A DNA stretch of 32,000 nt, taken from NCBI RefSeq assembly GCF_002075285.3, contig NZ_CP021983.2, forward strand, positions 3,000,001 to 3,032,000, in the 5' to 3' direction. This DNA is from Halomicronema hongdechloris C2206 (GTDB lineage Bacteria > Cyanobacteriota > Cyanobacteriia > Phormidesmidales > Phormidesmidaceae). The position numbers and the translations under genes were made by a program. Shown in pieces: positions 16,769 through 28,043 of the stretch. The stretch's first letter is position 1, and every line of letters begins with the position of its first letter. Below the pieces are notes generated by a model, which had not been told where the DNA came from, ran no database searches, and saw only the letters and a list, made by a program, of their open reading frames with translations.

Positions 16769-18193
16769 TTGCAATCATCAGCCAAGTTCATTATGGAGTT
16801 ATGTCAACGTTGGGAGCAAATCCTGTGCGCGTTGCGCCCGGTATTCAAGCGTGAAAAGACCTTCGACTGGTTTGTCCTGCTGATGTGGGGGGTGCTGTTG
16901 AGTACCGCCCCACCTGCGGTGACCAGCTACGTCAATGGCCTTGGCCTGGGTGAACGGTACTATGCTCAAGTTCTGCACTGGTTCCACGCCACGGCCTTCA
17001 GTGTCGAAGTGCTGTGTGCTCATTGGAGTAACTGGCTGCAAGCACATCCCCATTGTTTACGGCTGCGAGGACAGCGGGTATATATCGGCGATGGCATCAA
17101 GGTGAACAAGGAGGGTCGTCGGATGCCGGGGGTAAAGCAACTGCATCAGGAGTCGGCGAATGTGGGCAAGCCGGAGTGGATTCGCGGGCATTACTTCAGT
17201 GCCTTGGGCCTGCTGTTAGGGCGAGGTGCGGCGCTGTTTGTGGTGCCCCTGAGGCTGCAACTTCACGATGGGATTGAGGCCGATGAGTTGGCTCAATCCC
17301 CCAGCCTAGTGGATAAGATGGCGACGCTATGTGTGACGCTGATGGAAAGCGGCAGCACCGCTATTCTGGATGCTTACTACGCTTCGGGTAAGGTGTTGCA
17401 AGCCTTCCGGGCACAGGGATTACACCTCATTACGCGGGTGCGTCTGTCCACGGTCGCCCCTGCCCCCTCTTCCCCCTTGCCCGGTCAACGGCAACCGGGA
17501 CGACCGCGCAAATGGGGGGCTTCGGTGCGGTTACGGGAATTATTTGCCCCGTTGGAAGACTGTCCCCAAGCAGCGGTCTGGCTCTATGGCCGCTATGTCA
17601 CCGTCGCTTATCAGTGTTTTGAACTTTATTGGGATAGCTCCGATGCCCCCGTTTTGTTTGTCCTGACTCAATTGCCGGGGGGCAAACCCTTCATTTTGCT
17701 TGCCAGTGATGTCACCCTCAGTGGTCCCGAAGTCATTGAAGCCTATGGCTGGCGCTTCAAAATCGAGGTCACTTTTCGCACCCTGGTTCACCTGTTGGGC
17801 GGCTTTGGCTACCGCTTTTGGCTCAAGGCCATGACCGCCACACCCACTTGGCCCCAAACCTTAATCCTGGCTCACCTCGATGAACCCTTACAACATCAGG
17901 TCAAACGCAAAGTTGAAGCCTTTGAACGGTTTCTCAACCTCAACGCCATCGTTTTAGGCATCCTGCAAGTCCTCGCCTTAGAGATGCCTCACGACGTTTG
18001 GACTCACTCACCAAGATGGTTTCGCACACGCCCCAAACACGGCTTGCCCACCGCTCAATTCGTTCAGCTGGCGCTTCAACATCAATGGCAGCATCATTTA
18101 ATGGAAAGTAGACAGGCCCTACTTCTCGCTAAATTACTGGCCGCTAAAAGACTATCCCCTCAAACGCCGACGCTGACATCCTTGCCTCTTTAG
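16769..18193 (+). CDS. DDE transposase, IS4/IS701-like insertion sequence
   Basis: 474-aa ORF with candidate DDE residues in YIGDGIKVNKEGRRMPGV and AILDAYYASGKVL, and the Y-x2-R-x3-E signature in EAYGWRFKIEVTFRTL. It also has GRPRKWG. The terminal inverted repeats of the element were not identified. Confidence 0.8.
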   Translation: MQSSAKFIMELCQRWEQILCALRPVFKREKTFDWFVLLMWGVLLSTAPPAVTSYVNGLGLGERYYAQVLHWFHATAFSVEVLCAHWSNWLQAHPHCLRLRGQRVYIGDGIKVNKEGRRMPGVKQLHQESANVGKPEWIRGHYFSALGLLLGRGAALFVVPLRLQLHDGIEADELAQSPSLVDKMATLCVTLMESGSTAILDAYYASGKVLQAFRAQGLHLITRVRLSTVAPAPSSPLPGQRQPGRPRKWGASVRLRELFAPLEDCPQAAVWLYGRYVTVAYQCFELYWDSSDAPVLFVLTQLPGGKPFILLASDVTLSGPEVIEAYGWRFKIEVTFRTLVHLLGGFGYRFWLKAMTATPTWPQTLILAHLDEPLQHQVKRKVEAFERFLNLNAIVLGILQVLALEMPHDVWTHSPRWFRTRPKHGLPTAQFVQLALQHQWQHHLMESRQALLLAKLLAAKRLSPQTPTLTSLPL

Positions 18194-18429
18194 CGAACAC
18201 AGCGCAAACTTATGACTGTCCAGTGTCCTGCTTGACGACTTCTATCACTAAAGCAGGAGGTAGCATGTCCATATTCACTAATTCATGGCGCCGATCACTG
18301 TTATCCTTACAGGCCAAATCCTCCGCTAAGGTAAAATGGCGGGTGGTCCTAACCAGACGGCCCAATGCTCGTGAGATATCGTGAGTCGATTTTAACGTCC
18401 AGAGCATGGATGTTACTCAGAGGGATTGA

Positions 18430-19713
18430 TTAAGAGCCCTCTTGGCCATTGCCGACGATCAGCTCTAGCCGCCGTTGAGACTCCTGCAGGGCCTGGCGAG
18501 GATCCTGCCCCAGCAGAGCCGCTTCGATGGCGCGGCCGAAGTTTTCAGACAGGTAGGGATAGCGGGGGGCAATGGGTCGGGATTGGGCCCAGTCCATCTG
18601 GTCTAGAAACACCTGCAGGGTAGGGTTCTCGGCCACAAAGGCTTGATAGGTCTCACTGCGGCGCACCTGACGATTGATCGGCAGATAGCCGGTGCCTAGG
18701 GCCCAATCCAGCTGAAAGTCGGCGCTCAAGACATATTCCAGAAAGGTCTTAGCGGCTTCGGTCTTCTCCGGGCTGGTCTGGCAGAGAAAGAAGTTTTCGC
18801 CCCCCAGCACCGCCGCCGGTTCTTCGGCCACGGGAAAGGGAAAGACATCGAAGTCGATGCCGGCGTCCTTCATCTGGGTCAGGGTCCAGGGACCGGTCAC
18901 CTGCATGGCCACCTTACCGGCCAAAAAGTCATTGATCTCATAGCCCCGCTCTGGGGCCGATAGCAAGGCCGAGTCACTCTCCACCAGGTCTTGGCCCAAC
19001 TGCAGCGCTGCGATCGCACCGTCATTGACCAGGTCCGGCTGCCCCTGCCGGCTCAGCCAGCCGCCGGCACTATAGACAAAGGGCAGCCAGACAAACACCG
19101 TCCACTCGCCCTTGCCCAGGGACAGCATCATGCCATGCTGATCGAGGCGGCCATCGCCATCGCTGTCCCGGCTCAGCCGCTGAGCCGCCTGCCGTAACTC
19201 CGGCCAAGTGAGGGGAACCTGCTCAATGCCCGCCGCCTGGAATAAGCTGGGCCGGTAAAAAACGGCGGCGTTGTTGGTGGCGAAGGGAACCGACCACAGG
19301 TGCCCCTCCAGTTCCATGGTGGAAAACAAGGCCGGATCTAGTTGCTCGGCTAGAGGGAGTTGCCGCAGCCAGTCCTCCAGGGGTTGAATCGCCTGCAACT
19401 CCACCAGTTGCCCCGTCAATGTAGGCACATACCAGAGAATATCCGGCGCCGCATCCCCCACCACCGCCGTCAAGATCTTGGGAATTTGCTGGTCCGGCTG
19501 CCCCACATAGAGGGCCTTCACCCGAATCTCGGGATGGCGTTGGTTAAACGTGTCTACCAACTCCTGAAATACGTCCCGATTCGGCGGTGGGCTGATGCCA
19601 TGCCATAGGGTCAGCTGCACCACCCCAGGCGGCGGCGCCGGGGCCTGACAGCCCCCCAGTCCCAGCATTACCAGGCTCAACAACAGTGCCCAAAGCCAGC
19701 GATAGCCTGCCAC
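18430..19713 (-). CDS. ABC transporter substrate-binding lipoprotein (sugar / family-1 solute-binding protein)
   Basis: 427-aa ORF with a GTG start. The lipoprotein signal is WLWALLLSLVMLGLGGCQAP. The family-1 SBP pattern is LTLWHG...VKALYVG...PDILWY...WSVPF..NNAAVFYRPSLF.... Confidence 0.88.
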   Translation of the reverse strand: MAGYRWLWALLLSLVMLGLGGCQAPAPPPGVVQLTLWHGISPPPNRDVFQELVDTFNQRHPEIRVKALYVGQPDQQIPKILTAVVGDAAPDILWYVPTLTGQLVELQAIQPLEDWLRQLPLAEQLDPALFSTMELEGHLWSVPFATNNAAVFYRPSLFQAAGIEQVPLTWPELRQAAQRLSRDSDGDGRLDQHGMMLSLGKGEWTVFVWLPFVYSAGGWLSRQGQPDLVNDGAIAALQLGQDLVESDSALLSAPERGYEINDFLAGKVAMQVTGPWTLTQMKDAGIDFDVFPFPVAEEPAAVLGGENFFLCQTSPEKTEAAKTFLEYVLSADFQLDWALGTGYLPINRQVRRSETYQAFVAENPTLQVFLDQMDWAQSRPIAPRYPYLSENFGRAIEAALLGQDPRQALQESQRRLELIVGNGQEGS

Positions 19714-19882
19714 AGATCGATCTCCTACAGGATTCTCCTGAACCTTACCATTGCCCCTAGGGAAGAATCACCGGGGACAGCACAGTAGGCGATAGTCCCA
19801 TTTGGCGGTACCCTACGAAACATCCTCCCGGCTGAGTTGGCGTACCAATTTAGCTGTTCCCTTGCCGTCTATCGCCTGTGCC

Positions 19883-20941
19883 ATGACCACCTATTCCCGC
19901 CTGCGGCAGCTGCCTCTCCCCTTGCAACCGGCCCATGCCCACGGTCGCTACGACCTCTCAGCGGTGCGCTGCGATGCCGACGGCTATCTCTGGCTGGGCA
20001 GCGATGAGGCGGCCGGGTTAGAACGCTTGACCCTAGATGGGGACACCATCGGCGAGCACCAGCATCTTGATCTCGGGGATTATCTGGACTTGCCCGACGG
20101 CAAAGACGAAGAGATCGACATCGAAGGGTTGGCCTATGCCGACTACTACCTCTGGGTGGCGGGCTCCCATAGCCTCAAACGCAAAAAGCCCCAGCCCGAC
20201 AACAGCAGTGACGAGAACATGGAGCGCTTGGCCACCCTCTCTCGAGACGAGAACCGCTATCTCTTGGGCCGCATTCCCTTGGTCAACGGCCAACTGCATC
20301 ATCAGTGCTTGCACCCGGAACGTCCGGAGCAGGTGCTGACCGCGGCCCAACTGCAACGGAAGCGCCATGGCAATCAGCTCACGAAGGTCTTAAAGAAAGA
20401 TCCCCATTTGCGGCCCTTTCTGAAGGCGGATATTCCCGGTAAAGACAACGGCTTTGACATCGAAGGGCTAGCTGTGGCCGAGGACCGCCTGTTTGTAGGC
20501 CTGCGGGGCCCCGTACTGCGGGGCTGGGCCATCCTCTTAGAACTGCAGGTGAAGGAAAAGACATCGGAGCGGCTGCGGTTGCGGCAGCGGGAAGACGGGC
20601 ATCGCTACCGCAAATACTTTCTGGATTTGGCGGGCATGGGCATTCGCGATCTCTGCTGGCAGGGCGCCGATCTGCTGATCTTGGCCGGTCCCACCATGGC
20701 CTTGAACGGGGCGATCGGGGTCTTTCGCTTAGCCGATGCCTTAGACCTGTCGCCGTCTCAGTGTCTAACACCAGACCATCTCTTCGAGATTCCCCATGGT
20801 CATGACACGGACCGGGCCGAAGGCATCACCCTCTGCCCCGATCCCTCTTCTAACCTGCTGGTGGTTTACGATGCTCCCGCCCCCCATCGCCTCAATGCCG
20901 AGACCCACAGCGTCTTGGCCGATGTGTTTGCATTGGAGTAG
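19883..20941 (+). CDS. Conserved hypothetical protein, DUF3616-like (repeated DIEGLA motifs)
   Basis: The track ORF starts at a TTG (19802); the in-frame ATG at 19883 (MTTYSRLRQLPL) is the more likely start. It has repeated EIDIEGLAYAD, GFDIEGLAVAEDRLFVGLRGPVLRGWA and RAEGITL motifs. The family name is recalled from memory. Confidence 0.7.
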   Translation: MTTYSRLRQLPLPLQPAHAHGRYDLSAVRCDADGYLWLGSDEAAGLERLTLDGDTIGEHQHLDLGDYLDLPDGKDEEIDIEGLAYADYYLWVAGSHSLKRKKPQPDNSSDENMERLATLSRDENRYLLGRIPLVNGQLHHQCLHPERPEQVLTAAQLQRKRHGNQLTKVLKKDPHLRPFLKADIPGKDNGFDIEGLAVAEDRLFVGLRGPVLRGWAILLELQVKEKTSERLRLRQREDGHRYRKYFLDLAGMGIRDLCWQGADLLILAGPTMALNGAIGVFRLADALDLSPSQCLTPDHLFEIPHGHDTDRAEGITLCPDPSSNLLVVYDAPAPHRLNAETHSVLADVFALE

Positions 20942-21119
20942 CCATCCCTTGCCGTTGCCGGGGCAACCACGATGCCGAGGGTGGCGACGGTGAGTAGAGA
21001 AAGGGCGATGGGTTGGGCGGCGCGGCGAGCCGGGGTAGCTGCAGCTACAAAACCACTAGCCTGGCTCTGATAGGCTAAGGTGCAGTTTGGCCAGTCGCGT
21101 GATTTAGCGATATCTCTCA

Positions 21120-21905
21120 ATGCCGGTGGGCCCTGTTTCTATTCAAATTGCTGAAAGCAATCCTCATCTACGCTCGCTACTGGGTTGGCATCTGCAGCAG
21201 GCCCAGTACAGAGTTCACCAATCTGCTAACTTAGCCCGGGCCCGCGAGGTGTTCCAGTCGTTCAGTCCGGCATTAGTCATCCTAGATTCCCAATTTCCAG
21301 ACGGGGATGGCTTAGAGCTGTGCCGCTGGATCTACCAGCAGGGGCAGCCGCTGATTTTAATTCTGTCGGCTCGGGATACGGAGGCCGATATCGTGGCGGG
21401 GTTACGGGCCGGAGCCGATGACTATCTCACCAAGCCCTTCGGCATGCAGGAATTTTTAGCCCGGGTGGATGCTCTGGTCAGGCGGATTCGTCGCACAACC
21501 ATGGCCCCGGCCAGTCTCACCTACGGAGACCTCAACATCGACTTGGTGCAACGGCGGGTGCGTTGCCGTGGGATCGATATCGATCTCACCCCCCAGGAGT
21601 TTAGCTTGCTGTATGTGCTGACCCAGGCCGGGGGGGCTCCCCTGAGTCGCTCAGATCTGCTGCGCCGGGCCTGGCCCGATGCCATCGATAATCCTCGCAC
21701 TGTGGATACTCATATTCTGTCCTTGCGTAAGAAAATTGAGCCGGATCCTCGCCACCCCAATATTATTCAGACGGTGCGCAATGTGGGCTATTGCTTTAAT
21801 GCCACCGAGGCCATGGTTGAGCCCATTATCCCCAATGGGGCGGCACCGCCGGAGCGGGCTGCGGCGGTGGAAGCGGTCCCCCGCCAGATGTCTTCAGGGT
21901 CTTAG
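21120..21905 (+). CDS. OmpR/PhoB-family response regulator (receiver plus winged-helix DNA-binding domain)
   Basis: Receiver motifs are ALVILDSQFPDGDGLELC (phospho-acceptor Asp), LILSARD and GADDYLTKPF. The output domain reads LTPQEFSLLYVL...VDTHILSLRKKIE...IQTVRNVGYCF. No adjacent histidine kinase gene is present. Confidence 0.92.
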   Translation: MPVGPVSIQIAESNPHLRSLLGWHLQQAQYRVHQSANLARAREVFQSFSPALVILDSQFPDGDGLELCRWIYQQGQPLILILSARDTEADIVAGLRAGADDYLTKPFGMQEFLARVDALVRRIRRTTMAPASLTYGDLNIDLVQRRVRCRGIDIDLTPQEFSLLYVLTQAGGAPLSRSDLLRRAWPDAIDNPRTVDTHILSLRKKIEPDPRHPNIIQTVRNVGYCFNATEAMVEPIIPNGAAPPERAAAVEAVPRQMSSGS

Positions 21906-21927
21906 CTGCAGCGATAGCCCCAATGGC

Positions 21928-23195
<1,268 letters not shown>

Positions 23196-23199
<4 letters not shown>

Positions 23200-25754
23200 G
23201 ATGGAGAATGACGGGTGGTTGCAGCCCCAGCCGAGGCAGAAGTCTGATCCTCATTATCGGCGAGCGCTGCCATGGTGACCGTGGCAATGGTTTCACCCCG
23301 GGCCGGTTTCAGCATCCGCTGGCCGGGATGGTTGCGTCCCTGTAGGGGAATATCAACCAGGGGAATCTGGGCCATCCGCTCGGCGGTGGTCAAGATGGTG
23401 ACCGTCGTATCGGCCACGGCCGCCGTCATCGCCACGAGTCGGTCGCTCTTGTGGCTAAATTGAAAGGCTTGGGTGCCGATGGCACCCCGGCTGGCCAGGG
23501 GTAACGCCGCCACTGGCAGACGCTTAGCATAGCCCATGGCCGACATCAACAACACCCAATCGGTATCTGCAGCGGCTGCCACACAGCCCACTAGCGTCTC
23601 CTGCTTCCGCATCCGCAGCCCCTGAGGCCCCTGGGCATTGCGTCCCAACACCGGCAAATTCTCATCATCAATGGGAAAGCGCAGCAGCCGCCCCCCCGAG
23701 GTGCCCAATACCAGATTATCCCCCTGCCGAGCCAGGGCAATGCGGGCCAGTTCATCCCCTGTCTTCAGCTTCAATGCCGTGAGGCCGCGCCCGGTGAGGT
23801 TAGTGAAGTCCTGCAGCGGCACCCGCTTGATCTTGCCTTGACGGGTCACCAGCAAGAGGTCTTGGGCCAGCATGGCATCCGTTAAGACCAATTGCGAGAC
23901 CACAATCTCCGCATCGCCAGTGACCGAATCTGGCAGTAAGCTGACCAGGGGGACGCCGCGGGACTGGCGTTGGGCCACCGGAATATCGCCGACGGTGATG
24001 GTGTAGGCCTTGCCAGCTCGAGTCAAGACCAGGAGCTCCTGGGTGGTTAAGGCCGATTCCGTCTGCAGCACCGGATCCTCAACCTCCTGTAGGGCCTGGC
24101 TATCCTCGCTGTCGAGTCGAGCCTGTCGCCGTTGGAAGGCCCGCGGCGATGAGCGCCGCACATAGCCCTTCTGGGTGAACTCCAGAATCACCGCCTCTTC
24201 TTCGTCTTCCGCCAGGATTTCCGCCAGGTGCTGATGCTCCTCCTGGCGTTCGGCCTCGGTTTGAATGCGGGTGCGGCGCGGATCGCCAAATTTCTTCTTC
24301 AGGGCCCGCAGTTCCTTCTTCAGGGCCTTCAGCAACTCATGGCGGTCTGAGAGTAACCGCTGCAACGTGGTGCGGGTTTGCTGCAGTTCAGTCCGCTCCG
24401 TCTCCAAGTTTTGCCGTTCCATGGCCGTGAGCCGCCGCAGGGGCATAGCCAAGATGGCATCGGCTTGCCGCTCAGACAGGGCAAATTGCCGTTGAAACTC
24501 CACCTTGGCGGTGGTGCCATCGGGGGCATGGCGCAAGATATCGATGACGGCATCGAGATTGTCCAGGGCACTCAAGAGCCCGTCCACTAGATGCAAGCGG
24601 GCTTCCGTGCGTTCTAACTGATGCCGATACTGGCGAGTTAGGGTCTCTTCGCGGAAATTCAGGAACGCCGACAACAGCTCCCGCAGAGACATCTGTCGGG
24701 GTTGCCCCCGATCTAAGGCCAGCAGGATGGCCCCAAAATTCGTCTGCAGGGGCGTCAACCGATAGAGTTCATTTAGCACTCGCTGGGGCTGGGTTTCCCG
24801 CTTCAGTTCAATCACCACCCGCATGCCCTCGCGGTCACTCTCATCGCGGATATCGGCGATGCCGTCGAGGCGATTGTTATTGACCAGGTCAGCCACCTTC
24901 TCGATCCAAGCCGCCTTATTCACCTGAAAGGGTAATTCGGTGATGACGATGGCGTTGCGCCGCTGCCGGCCTCGACCGGGACGAATTTCTTCGAACTGGC
25001 AGACACCGCGCATGGGAATGCTGCCGCGGCCGCTGCGATAGGCATCGTGGATGCCCTCAGTGCTAATAATCTCTCCGCCTGTCGGGAAATCAGGACCGGG
25101 AATCAATCGAAACAGCTCCTCATCGCCGAGGCTGGGGCGATCGATTAGGGCAATCAGCCCATCGATGAGCTCCCCCAGGTTGTGGGGAGGAATGTTGGTG
25201 GCCATGCCCACGGCAATGCCAGAACTGCCGTTGAGTAGCAGGTTGGGCACCTGAGCCGGCAGCACAATCGGTTCCTGCTGGGAACTGTCGAAGTTATCGA
25301 TGAAGTCGACTAGGGCTTCACTGATGTCGCCCAAGAGGGCCTCATGGCCGATGGCAGCCAAGCGAGTTTCGGTGTATCGCATCGCCGCCGGCGGATCATT
25401 GTCCACCGAGCCAAAGTTGCCGTGGCCATCCAGCAGGGGATAGCGGCTGGAGAAGGCCTGCACCATGCGCACCAGGGCATCGTAAACGGCCTGGTCCCCA
25501 TGGGGATGATATTTACCCAGCACATCGCCAACTACACGGGCGCATTTGCGATAGGGCCGATCTGGAGTCAAGCCCAATTCGTGCATGGCATAGAGGATGC
25601 GCCGATGCACGGGCTTGAGGCCGTCGCGCACATCGGGCAAGGCGCGACCGACGATGACGCTCATGGCGTATTCCAAATAGGACCGCTGCACCTCGGTGTG
25701 GAGTGCTGTGGGCACTACCTGTCCGGCTGAGAGGATGTTTAATTGGTCTGCCAT
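23196..25754 (-). CDS. gyrA: Type IIA topoisomerase subunit A (DNA gyrase subunit A family; GyrA box degenerate)
   Basis: 852-aa ORF with [41 protein letters not shown], the active-site Tyr in PPAAMRYTE, and a C-terminal beta-pinwheel region. At the position of the GyrA box (QRRGGKG) the sequence reads QRRQARL (24114-24134). Confidence 0.9.
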
Positions 25755-26186
25755 GGGCCGCGGTTCCTTGGTGAAATATTAAACGATGCAGATGACTAGG
25801 GTGGGATACGTTTCGCTCCGTATCGATGGCCAGCTCTGGCGGGTGACTGGGGGCAAGCTCTAGAGCTGGAGCTGGACGTCAGGAGGGCATAAACAGCCTT
25901 CGACCCGGATCAAAGACAGCCTATGGAGAGGATTCGGCAGTGGCCATGCTTGCCTGGCAAGGCCTGTTGCCCCGGATACAACACCTCAGTCAACAGACCG
26001 ATGCCTGGTTTTTACCTCTCTAGGGAAATCTAGCCTCAGATTTACACCTCGGCAACTAGATCCCTGACAACAGAGCCTAACACCTGTTGTACTATTATCT
26101 GTACTTCTAGAACATTAAGTGACGGCTAACTATTGCTGGTAGCCGCCGCTGGCCCCGGTCATTGCTGTGATAGCTGCCTAGGTTTT

Positions 26187-26404
26187 ATGGCAACTGCGGC
26201 CAGCCGCCTGGACACGATAGCAAGCGGGTGCGATCGCATAGGGGAAACAGTCCCAGGTAGGCTAAATCTGTCTCACCCATGACCCGGATGCTGATTGATA
26301 CCGATATTTTGATCGATTCGGCTCGGTCGATTGAGAACGCGACTACCGCTTCATCCAAAACCTCAGTCTCCCACCCTATCCTTTTTAGCCCGATCGCACG
26401 ATAG
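26187..26404 (+). pseudogene. Toxin-antitoxin remnant: 31-codon ORF overlapping (ATGA) a decayed PIN-domain toxin N-terminus
   Basis: ATG 26279 reads MTRMLIDTDILIDSARS, the classic PIN N-terminal strand with the first Asp. The frame then degenerates and stops at 26402-26404. The upstream small ORF 26187-26282 ends in an ATGA overlap. Confidence 0.35.
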
Positions 26405-26605
26405 ATATAGCTCAAACTAGGAGACCAGAGGATGCGATCGCAACCTGACGACACTATCATTCGGTGCCATTGGGGTATAGGGTGGAGAGGGCCCGAGCCA
26501 GTTGCCAGAACCTTTGGTCTTGGCCAATACCTTCTTTGACCCCACGGGTGTGGGGTCACTCAAACTGCTCATCACTTAAGCTCATCCGGGAGCACAGGGG
26601 CGTTC

Positions 26606-26731
26606 CTACTGCATCGAGGGCAACTGCGGTTGGCTTTGCCACTGCCATTCAAACAGCTGGCAGAAGTCGTCGACTTCCCAAAAGATCTGGGTAACATCGA
26701 GACGCGAAACTTCGGTTAGAGTAGTGTCCAT
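26606..26731 (-). mobile_element. IS982-family transposase N-terminal remnant
   Basis: Reads MDTTLTEVSRLDVTQIFWEVDDFCQLFEWQWQSQ then stop. The L..lF..VDDFCQ.F...W motif is characteristic of IS982 transposase N-termini. Downstream shifted frames give SRMSLSDEQ (compare RLS.SE). No DDE core is present. Confidence 0.45.
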
Positions 26732-26801
26732 AGCTGAGCCGGAGAATTCTTCAAATCCAGTCTCAGCTTTTTTCTTGCCGATTTCTGTTCATCGAACTCA
26801 C

Positions 26802-27030
26802 GTTGCGTACAAGACCATAAAAGGCAAAAGTGAATGCTAACCCCAAGGCAATCCATGGGATGGCCCAAACTGCCAGACAAAGTACCCGACCCCGATCGCG
26901 GCTAGCCCCACTGCGATTTGCTGCCCACGTCGGAGCCATTCCTGCAGCACTAAAAAGCCCAGCAAAACACTGACCAGAGGGTTAATAAAGTAACCCAGGC
27001 TGGCCTCAATGACTTGATCGGAATTCACCT
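26802..27030 (-). pseudogene. rarD: rarD-like EamA/DMT transporter remnant (5'-truncated, frameshifted)
   Basis: [48 protein letters not shown] matches the RarD core ([11 protein letters not shown]). After a frameshift near 26850 the next frame reads [20 protein letters not shown], as in RarD. The upstream two-thirds of the gene is absent. Confidence 0.55.
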
Positions 27031-27286
27031 TTGGGGTGAAAACAAGATTCATTTCAAGGAAGAGGTGAGTCTCTTCCAACTCCTCAGCCTGACTCACAGC
27101 CGCACACTCAGGGTTCAGGCCAGACGCGATCGCCTTTATAAACAAATAAAACATTTGTCATGGACAAAATCCGATAGCGGCCTTTAAGCGTATTGCTAAG
27201 GAAGTCGGGGGAGACCAGTAAACATACGGACGTATGGCTGGCATCACGGCAATCATCCCAACGATTTAATTAAGGCAAGCAAAAGT

Positions 27287-28034
27287 ATGCGAATAAAACC
27301 AATCGACCTCAAGGGGGTCGCTGTTCTGTCAGGCTTAGCTGCCCTATTGACAGCAGCTCCTGCCGGAGCCGCTACCTTCACAGAAGCAAGCGATGCCGGT
27401 GAGACGCTCGGTGAGGCGATCGCCGTCACGACGGAGACGATGTCGCCCTTAGAATCCATTGCGGGCTCACTTGCAGGCGATGCCGATCTGTTCCAACTCT
27501 TTCTGACAGGGGGGCAACAGTTTTCAGCGACCACGATCAATACGGACTCGCTGATCGGCATTCCTATTGACGACACCCTGGGTAGTCCTAGCGACTTACT
27601 GGGAGATCCACAGTTGTTTTTATTTGATGCGATGGGCAATGGCGTTTACGCCAATGACGACGGATTCACCTCCGTCCAAGCCACCTTGCCATCCTCTTTT
27701 AGTCTCACGCCAGCGGAGTCTGGCATTTATTTCTTAGGCATCTCCAGCGCTGATTTTGATCCGGTCAGTGCCGATGGCGAGATTTTTCCCGATACCCCTG
27801 TGAATGGCGTTGTGGGGTCCCACCGGCCCTGGTGGCGGAGCCCCCCTGACCGGATTCGCCGGGGTTAGCAATACCAGCGGGAACTACACCATCACGCTGA
27901 CGGGGGCGCAAACGATCGCTGCCCCAGCGGCAAGTGTTCCCGAACCTAGCGTCGTCATGGGCGTGTTGGCACTAGCTGGCATAGGCTTCGTAGCCCGCAC
28001 TCGTAACGCAATAACAGAACTGACAAAACGATAG
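27287..28034 (+). pseudogene. Secreted PEP-CTERM protein (DVUA0089-like pre-peptidase-type domain), frameshifted as sequenced
   Basis: Frame A (27287-27868) has the signal peptide MRIKPIDLKGVAVLSGLAALLTAAPAGAA and GDADLFQLFL...DPQLFLFDAMGNGVYANDDG. Frame B (27804-28034) reads GPTGPGGGAPLTGFAGVSNTSGNYTITLTGA and ends in the PEP-CTERM sorting signal VPEPSVVMGVLALAGIGFVARTR. The switch must occur at about 27811-27821 (tgtggggtccc). Confidence 0.75.
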
Positions 28035-28043
28035 GAACTCAAA

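Noticed and set aside
16755-18227. Possible IS terminal inverted repeats (gacactgg at 16755-16762 and ccagtgtc at 18220-18227)
   Set aside because: The match is only 8 bp with no extension, and the left copy lies just 7 nt from the ORF start. This is insufficient to define the element ends.
18210-18407. 65-aa minus-strand ORF (…HELVNMDMLPPALVIEVVKQDTGQS), possibly a Uma2-type endonuclease fragment cut by the IS
   Set aside because: The resemblance rests on a single short PxLVIEV-like string, which is too weak to call.
20866-21120. 84-aa minus-strand ORF between the DUF3616-like gene and the response regulator
   Set aside because: It overlaps the 3' end of the DUF3616-like gene by 76 nt, has Ala/Arg-rich GC-driven composition, and has no motif.
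23272-25730. Plus-strand and off-frame ORFs inside the gyrA-family gene
   Set aside because: They are shadow ORFs of a GC-rich gene. The GyrA frame has unambiguous motifs.
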